Shown piece after piece: positions 56,534 to 64,000 of a stretch of 64,000 bases of DNA. Source of the DNA: Dictyostelium discoideum (Eukaryota); NCBI GenBank assembly GCA_000004695.1, contig CM000150.2, positions 4,640,001 through 4,704,000 of the forward strand. Reading direction: 5' to 3'. The position numbers and the translations under genes were made by a program. Positions within the stretch are counted from its first letter, which is position 1; each line of letters starts with the position of its first letter. The notes under the pieces were generated by a model, which was given only the letters and a program-made list of their open reading frames with translations, had not been told where the DNA came from and made no database searches.

Positions 56534-56975
56534 TTTTTAATGGAGTTTTTAATTTGTTGTTTATAATTGAATTTTAATTTTAATTTGATAATGAAATAAT
56601 TTTATTTTCAATTGTTTAAATACTTTTGGAAAAAAAAATAATAATAATAATTATAATTAATATTAATTATTAATTAAAAAAAAAAAAAAAAATAATAATA
56701 TTAATTATTATTATTAATAAAAAAAATATTTTCCAAATTGCTAGGATGATAAAAACGTAAAATAATTTTAACCCACACTTGCGAGATAATTACTCCAAAA
56801 CTTGTAATTTTATCCAATTGGATGTGTTATTATTTTTATTATTATTATTATTATTATTAATAAAAAAAATAATTTCCAAACTGTTGGGATGATAAAAACC
56901 TAAAATAATTTTAACCCACACTTACGAGATAATTACTCCAAAACTTGTAATTTTATCCAATTGGGTGTGTTATTA

Positions 56976-57006
<31 letters not shown>

Positions 57007-57434
57007 TTTTATTTGTTTTATTTTTTTTTTTTTTTTTTTCATAATAAAAAAATCTTCACACAAAAAACACCACACATCCAATTAAAAAAAAAAAAAAAAT
57101 CTTTCTGTGAAGATTTAATAAATCTAATTATTATAATTTAATGACAAAAAAAAAGGATAATTAAATAATTAAATTGAAATTTCTTTGAATTTTTTAAAGT
57201 GAAAATTATATGTTATTAATTTTTTTTTTTTTTTTTGAAAAAAAAAGAAGTTCTTAAAAATAAAATTGATGACTTTTTTTTGAAAATCTTGTTTTGATGA
57301 TGATTAGGGGAAAATATCTAAAAAAAATCAAAAAAAAAAAAAAAAAAAAAAAAAGTTTTATTAAAAAAAAAACAAAAAAACAAAAAAAAAAAAAAAAACC
57401 CTCAAACTCAATTTCCAAAGCAAAATCTTAAACA

Positions 57435-59014
57435 ATGACTAGTTTAACATTATATTTGATTATATTTTCAATTATCTTATATTTGTTTGTAAATGTAATT
57501 TTTTATTTTTTTTTTTTTATTTTTTTTTTCAAAAATTGATTTATCTTTATCTTAAAACTAATTTTTTTTTTATTTATTTTAAATTAATTAACTAGAGAAA
57601 TAAAAGAAAAAATTTAAAAATTCCAGGACCTAATGGAATTCCAATTTTCGGTAATTTATTATCTTTAAGTGGTGAAATGCATTTAACACTACAAGAATGG
57701 TATAAAACTTATGGATCTGTATTTTCCATTAGAATGGGTAATATTGATACAGTGGTTTTAACTGAATATCCAACTATTAGAAAAGCATTTGTTGATAATT
57801 CATTAGCATTTGCAAGTAGATATCAATTGAAAAGTAGAGTTGTATTAACTGGTGCTAAAGATCTTGCTATTCAAAATGGTGAAATTCATTCATTATTGAA
57901 AAAAGTAGTTTTATCAGAAATGACTACAACCAAAATCAAAAGAATGGAAATTCATATAATTAAAGAAACTGAAAAAATTTTAAAAATTTTAGATAAACAT
58001 GCTGAACGAGGTGAACCATTTATAATTAATAATTATTTAAATATGTTTTCAATGAATGTTATACTTCGATTTTTATTAGGTATTGATTATCCATATGAAA
58101 ATGTTGATGAAACAGTTGGATATGTTAAAAGCATTAAAAGTTTCTTTGCAGTTGCTGGTCTCCCAATTCTATCAGACTTTATTCCTATCCCATTGAAAAA
58201 ATCTGGTGTTTTCTTTGACTCTTATAAAGAATTAGAAATTGAAACTGATAAATTAATTGAAAAATTTAAAAAATCTAGAAATGAGAAAATTGAAAATGGA
58301 ACATACAATGAAGAAGAAGATGAATCAATTCTATCAAAATTATTAAAAGAATATGAACATGGTAATATCACATGGGAATGTGTTTCACATACATGTATTG
58401 ATATAATTTCCGCTGGTACTGATACTTCTGCAAATACATTGGTTATGGCATTGATTGAATTAATAAATAATCAAGAAATTCAATCTAAAGCTTTTTCAAG
58501 TATTAGATCATCATGTTTAAATGATTCAAATGATGATGATGATGATGATGAAATTGTAATCACTCATAGTAAATATCGTTCATTATTACCTTACATTTCA
58601 ATGATAATTAAAGAAACATTTAGAAAACATCCAATTGCTTTACTTGGTTTACCACATGTTACAACTGAAGATGTTGAAATTGATGGATATAAAATTGAAG
58701 CTGGTACATATATCATTCAAAATATTTTCTCAAGTCATAGAAGTGATAAAATTTTCCAATCACCAAATGAATTCATTCCAGAAAGATTCTTTGAATCATC
58801 TCAAAATCAAGGTTTAATTCATTTTGGTTTAGGTGTTAGAGACTGTGTTGGAAAGTCATTAGCAGAGTGTGAAATTTTCACATTAATTGCAACCTTATTA
58901 AATAGATATCAATTTATTAATCCAAATAATTCAAAAAAATTAAATGATATTGGTACATTTGGTTTGGCTCAAGTTTGTCCAGATACTAATATTATTTTAA
59001 AAAAAAGAATTTAA
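57435..59014 (+). CDS. Cytochrome P450 monooxygenase. Two exons: 57435..57488 and 57596..59014.
   Basis: Exon 1 encodes MTSLTLYLIIFSIILYLF (a membrane anchor) and ends at a GTAAAT donor (57489) in phase 0. The acceptor aactAG sits at 57594-57595. Exon 2 encodes RNKRKNLKIPGPNGIPIFGNLLSL (the proline-rich PPGP hinge), ...AGTDTSANTL (the I-helix AGxDTT), ...ETFRKHP (ExxR), ...PERF..., and FGLGVRDCVGKSLAECEI (the heme-binding FxxGxRxCxG). Confidence 0.85.
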
Positions 59015-59500
59015 AATAAAAATAAAATAAAATTAAAAAATTAAAAAATAAAGAAATATTAAATTAAAATAAAAAAAATAAAAAAATTAATTAATTGGTA
59101 CTAGATATTTATTATTGTCGATATTAATTAATTTTTTTTTTTTTTTTTTTCTTTATTAATAAAATAAAAATATCCTGGTTATTTTTTTTTTTTTTTTTTT
59201 TATATGAACAAATTTCATGATTTTATTTTAAAAAAAAAAAAATTATTAATAACTCACATCGGTAATGAAATCAAAAATCAAAAAGGTTACAAATTATAAA
59301 ATGCAGGGTAAGATTTTAAAATTACAATAAAAAATGATGAATGATGGTGAAACACGACAAGATATTTTCAAGTCAAATTATTTTTTATTTTTTTTTTTTT
59401 TTTTTAAATTTTTTTTTTTTTGCGAGTTTATTCGTGTTTTTTTGTTTTTTTTTTTTTTTTTTTTTTTTTTTAATCAATTGATTAAATAATAATAATAAAA

Positions 59501-60297
59501 ATGGATTATTTTAAAACATTAGAAATTAATAATTTTAATGATTATTTAAATCATTTGATTCAAGGTAATAAAGTTGTAATTGGTACAAGTATCCTTGGTT
59601 TGGTAATTGCAATTTTCATTTTCATTAAAATCAAGTTAATGAGATGTATTGAATTGGATACCAAAATATTACATGAATGCACTAAAAAAGGTGTTGGTTT
59701 ACCAATTGATGAGGCCTTTGAAGCTATCCATAAAGAATTAATTAAACACTATCCACAATTCATTACTGCTAAACGTAATTGGTTATTATTTAATGGTGGT
59801 GGTGCTATGGTAAATATAAATAACTATTTAAAAAAAAAAAAAAAAAATTAGTAATCAATCAATAAATAAATTAATAAATAAATAAATATATATATATTTT
59901 TTAGGGTCAAATGTGTGTATTACATGCATCATTATCAGAGTATCTTATTTTCTATGGTACTCCATTATACAGTCAAGGTCATAGTGGTCGTTATTTAATG
60001 GATGTTTATGATTTTATGATTCAAGGTACTACTAAACAATTCTTCCCAGGTAAATTCCAATCAATTGATTTCCCAGCTGGTAAATTCTCTTATTTACCAA
60101 TGATGGTTGCAAAAGGTTACTGTTGTGAACCAAATTCATGGATGTTGGAATATGGTCGTGGTGTTATCCCATTGGCTTTACCATACTTTTTATTCTCTTC
60201 AATCTTTGTTACTCTTGATATCGTTCCTTGGATTTCTGCTGTATTTTATGTTGGTAGAGAAGTTACAAAGAATTTATTAATTAGAAGAAAGATTTAA
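59501..60297 (+). CDS. Sigma-1 receptor / ERG2 (sterol C8-isomerase)-like protein. Two exons: 59501..59809 and 59905..60297.
   Basis: Exon 1 encodes MDYFKTLEINNF...VVIGTSILGLVIAIFIFIKI (a TM helix) ...HYPQFITAKRNWLLFNGGGAM and ends at a GTAAAT donor (59810). The acceptor ttttAG sits at 59903-59904. Exon 2 encodes GQMCVLHASLSEYLIFYGTPLYSQGHSGRYLMDVYDFMIQGTTKQFFPGKF...PNSWMLEYGRGVIPLALPYFLFSSIF.... This matches the sigma-1R motifs WMGAMCLLHASLSEY, GT.LGSRGHSGRY and NTWMVEYGRGVIP. Confidence 0.85.
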
Positions 60298-60391
60298 AAA
60301 ATACCACCTAAAATCTCTATATTGAGATTTATCCATTTTTTTTTTTTTTTTTTTTCAAAAAATAATTACAAATTATTTTATCGATCAATTT

Positions 60392-60428
<37 letters not shown>

Positions 60429-60482
60429 AATTAGAATTGATTCAAATAAATATTTTTAAAAAATTATTCAATATTACCCGTA

Positions 60483-60538
<56 letters not shown>

Positions 60539-61021
60539 ATTAATTATTAATTATTATTAATTATTAATTATTATTTTTTTTTTTTTTTACCCACAAAATC
60601 CAATCAAAAAAAAATAAAAAAAAAAATTAAAAAATAAAAAAAAAAAAAAGTTTTATAAATATAATAATATAATAATATTTGATAAATAATTTATTATATT
60701 TATTTCCTTTATTTTATTTATTGTTTTTTTTTTTTTTTTTAATTTTTTTTTTTTTTTTTTTTTATATTTTTTTTTATAATATTCTTTTATTTATTTTTCA
60801 GAGTAGAAAAATTAAAATTAATTTGAAAATTATAAAAAAAATGAAATTCCTTTTTTATTTTTTTTATTTTTTTTTTTTTTTTTTTTTTTTTCATTTTTTA
60901 TTTTTTAATTTTTTTATTTTTAATTTATTTTTTTATTTTCAACAACACACAAACTCATAAACAATTACAACTATAGGGGTTTAATATTACAATACCAATA
61001 GCATATATATAATTTTAAAAT

Positions 61022-62819
61022 AAATAAAACTATGGAAGACCCTGATATTTTATCAAACTTTTTATCAATTACAGGTTGTGATGATTCTTCATTGGCTACA
61101 ACCATTTTAGAGGTAACGTAATTATGGAAAAATAAAAATAAAAAAAAAAAAAAAAAAAAATTAAAAAATTAAAGGCTAACTTCAAATAAACATATTTTAA
61201 AAAAATATTTGCACAAAAAAAAAAAAATTAAAAAAATAAAAATAATAATTAAAAAATAGAACAATAATTGGGATGTTGAAAGAAGTGTAGATTTCTTTTT
61301 TACAATGAATGATCCATCAAATGTGAAACCAACAACATCATCAAAAAAGACATCATCCCCACCAACAGCATCATCATCATCAGCATCATCAGAATTTGAC
61401 TACAATGAAGATGAATTCAGAGATCCAATTCCTCAGAAAATGGATAAATTAGTAGATCACTATTATCAACCAACTCAAAGAAGTTACCAAAAACAAACCA
61501 ATGTCTTTGAGGCATTTAGAGATTTTGAGAAAGAAAGAGGTATAAGTATGTTTATTAATATTTTTTAAAATTTGATTTGATTTTATTTTATTTTAAATTT
61601 AATATTTATATATTTTTTTTTTTTTTTATTTTTTATTTTTTATTTATTTTTATAATTTTTTTTTTTTACAAAAGATCAAGATAAGGCAACAGAAAAACAA
61701 AAATCACTATCAGAATTATTTAAACCACCATTAGATATATTAACATTTGGAACATTTGATGAAATTAAAAAGATGGCGGAACAAAAGAAATATTTTGTAT
61801 TAGTAAATATTCAAGATGTTCAAGAATTTGATTGCCAAAAATTGAATAGAGATACATGGTCAAACAAAGATTTAAAAGAGTTAATAGGTGAAAATTTTGT
61901 ATTTTGGCAAGTGAATAGTGCAAATCCTGAAGGAAAATGGTTCACTCAAATCTATCCAGTTTTTAAATTTCCTTATATTGCAATCATTGACCCAAGAACA
62001 GGTCAAAAATTACAAGATATGACTGGATTTATAGATGCAGAAGAGATGGCTCAATATTTGGTTACATTTTTATCAACAAATTCTTTCAGTGGTCAAATTG
62101 ATCCACCACCATCATCCTCTTCATCTGGTGCCTCTAAAAAACAAAAGAAATACAACACAGAAGATGAAGAATTAGAATTAGCAATTGCGTTATCATTAAA
62201 ACAAGAACAAGAGAGAAATTCAAAAAGTGGTTCAACCTCACCACTATCACAACAACAACAACAACAACAACAACAAAATAATAATAATAATAATAATAAT
62301 AATAGTAACAATAATAATTCAACTTCAACAACAACTACAACATCAACTACTACTACTAAAATATTGGGAACAAATAATAAAAAAGATGAAAAAGAAGATG
62401 AAGATGATGTTGAAGAAAAAGATGAAGATTTTGAAGATGATGATGAAATTGAAGAGGATAACTATGATGATAATTATTATTACGGAGAAACAGTTCAAAA
62501 AGAAATATCAGAAGAAGAACAAAAGAAAGTTGAAATTAAACAACTCGTTGAGAAAATACAAGTTACCAGTAAAATTGGTACTGAAGGTGATTGCATCATT
62601 CAAGTTAGATGTCCCGGTGGTGAAACATTAAAAGGTCAATTCCATAGCCATGATCAAATTAAAAATATCTACTATTATGTTCAAGTTAAAACTGGTATTT
62701 CAAATTTCAAACTATTTACCTCTTTTCCAAAGCTTGACTTGTCTGGTGAATTAATGTCCAAAACTTTAAAAGAATTAGATTTGGCACCAAGAGCTGTTCT
62801 TAATATGCTACAAGAATAG
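61022..62819 (+). CDS. UBX-domain protein with UBA-UAS-UIM-UBX architecture (UBXN7/UBXD7-like p97 adaptor). Three exons: 61022..61102, 61260..61545, 61675..62819.
   Basis: Exon 1 encodes MEDPDILSNFLSITGCDDSSLATTILE and ends at a GTAACG donor. Exon 2 encodes NNNWDVERSVDFFFTMNDPSN.... Together these form the UBA-like fold (f..iTg.....A...Le...WdlE.Av..ff). Exon 2 ends at a GTATGT donor (61546) in phase 1. Exon 3 contains the UAS thioredoxin-like region (KKYFVLVNIQDVQEFDCQKLNRDTWSNKDLKELIGENFVFWQVNSANPEGKWFTQIYPVFKFPYIAIIDPRTGQKL). It also contains the UIM (EDEELELAIALSLKQEQE), a poly-Q/N/T linker, and the C-terminal UBX (IIQVRCPGGETLKGQFHSHDQIKNIYYYVQ...FKLFTSFPKLDLSG...LKELDLAPRAVLNMLQE*). Confidence 0.8.
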
Positions 62820-63099
62820 ATTTTTTTTTTTTTTTAAAAATCTTTTTTTATTGTATAATTATTTTTTTTTTTTGAAAAAAAAAAAAAAAAAAAAAGAAAA
62901 CTTGGTTAAATAAATACATATTGAACAAACATATAAATGAATCTATTTAGTGCTTGATTTTAATATATTCTAGTTTTAAAAATTTTTTTTTTTTATTTTA
63001 GATAGGGTAATCATAAAAGGTTTTAAAATTTTTTTTTTTTTTCTACAGATATTAATTAATTATTTGTGAGATCTAGAGCAATAGTAAATGTTTTTTTTT

Positions 63100-63720
63100 T
63101 TTTTTTAATTTATAACACTAAATAATTAGATAATAAAATTAAAATTAGGATTTAAAAAGGCTATTATTATTTTTTTTTTTATCATTATTTTTGATACCCA
63201 GTTTTAAATATTGTATCTAGAATTTTATAAATTTATCAAACAATAAAACTTTCTTTAAATGAATTGATTGAAGGAGACTATTATCAGAATCACTTGACTT
63301 GAAAAATATAAACTTTGCAAGTTACTTTTCTTAGTTATTTGTTTTAGGAAATGGTTTGAATATTTAAAACTTATTAGAACTTTTGGATTAATTTTAAATT
63401 TTTTTTTTTTTTTCTATTTTTTATACTAAAATCCTTTAAACTATCTAAATTAACATACAACTCATACATAGAAAGTTTTAATGATGAAATTGATCAAATT
63501 TAACAATTGGTTGAATGATTTCAATACCAAATAGTAAGAAACTTAAAGAGGTTTCAAGATAAATATAAGCCAACGAAAAAAGGATCAATATCATATGAAA
63601 AAAGGAGTGGAATACCTAGAGCATTGACCAGAGACAAAACGCTCAAAACTCTAGATAATAAACCAATTCATATACCAACAAAAATCTGGAAAATCAATTG
63701 AAGAATAACATGGATTTCTT

Positions 63721-63761
<41 letters not shown>

Positions 63762-64000
63762 TGGATTAACAAGATTGATATATGTCTATCTGTGTTAATA
63801 CGAGTTTTATTTAATATTTATTTAAAGGCTTATCATTTAAGCTGAAGGGTTATTTTAATCATATGAATTGATCAAAAGATATAATATTTGGGAGAGATGA
63901 TTCTGGAATACAATAGTAATTAGCTGTTTTTTTTCTTAGCTTGATCGTTGAAGTGAGAAGGATCTTAGGATCTTTGAAGTTATTATGGTCTTTTGCTGAT
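63100..64000. other. Moderately GC-enriched, non-microsatellite sequence without long ORFs at the window's 3' edge. It could be a degenerate mobile-element remnant or simply unusual intergenic DNA.
   Basis: The composition departs from the surrounding A/T homopolymer-rich intergenic DNA. A short ORF fragment, ...ISYEKRSGIPRALTRDKTLKTLDNKPIHIPTKIWKIN*, lies at about 63590-63700. No terminal repeats are visible within the window. Confidence 0.2.

Larger units (their letters stand above)
52930..57395 (+). repeat. Copy B (about 4.5 kb) of the tandem segmental duplication. It carries the intact AidB-like ACAD gene and the small secreted-protein gene.
   Basis: See copy A. The duplication ends immediately upstream of the cytochrome P450 promoter. 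Confidence 0.85.

Noticed and set aside
56740-56978. The doubled 100-bp element in copy B as a miniature transposon
   Set aside because: Both copies are direct, lack terminal inverted repeats or target-site duplications, and occur only in the promoters of the three paralogous genes. A local tandem duplication of a promoter element explains them better.

Overview
The window is AT-rich (roughly 75-80% A+T) eukaryotic nuclear DNA with the hallmarks of Dictyostelium discoideum: coding poly-N/poly-Q/poly-T tracts, long (ATT)n/(CAA)n/(GAT)n microsatellites, homopolymer-rich intergenic DNA, and short AT-rich introns with GTAAGT/GTATGT donors and (A/T)nAG acceptors. It is not prokaryotic, so no CRISPR, operon or defence-island logic applies. 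I found no rRNA or tRNA genes.

By reading ORFs together with splice signals and codon phase I reconstructed about 28 protein-coding loci, most of them spliced. Many of these genes are only partly visible in the six-frame track. From 5' to 3' they are:
- a GLFG-repeat nucleoporin, truncated by the window edge
- an F-box/LRR protein
- an NDRG-family hydrolase-fold protein
- a SPATA20-like thioredoxin-domain protein
- a large hypothetical protein
- a secreted Dicty_CTDC cysteine-repeat protein
- a secreted multi-exon protein of unknown family, with a truncated pseudogene paralog nearby
- a 2OG-Fe(II) oxygenase
- a His/Glu-rich acidic protein
- a thioredoxin-like gene with a degenerate active site, missed by the ORF track
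- an importin-beta family karyopherin
- a class I histone deacetylase
- a Rap-like Ras GTPase with a C-terminal extension and CAAX box
- a PA14 + CTDC psi-factor-like secreted protein
- a CPSF160/DDB1-family beta-propeller protein
- a Myb/SANT protein
- the 26S proteasome ATPase Rpt2
- a multipass membrane protein
- an AidB-like acyl-CoA dehydrogenase
- a cytochrome P450
- a sigma-1 receptor/ERG2-like protein
- a UBA-UAS-UIM-UBX (UBXN7-like) protein

The most interesting structures are these:
1. A tandem segmental duplication of about 3.2 and 4.5 kb at 49.7-57.4 kb. One copy carries an intact AidB-like gene; the other carries a deleted, stop-containing pseudogene copy.
2. Each duplicated unit also carries a small secreted-protein gene. 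A third, inverted copy of that gene lies at 17.1-18.3 kb. All three share a conserved 13-nt micro-exon and a conserved upstream element with CACAC/GTGTG boxes.
3. A thioredoxin-fold gene whose CGPC motif is apparently lost.

All exon coordinates are manual models from sequence only and need transcript evidence.
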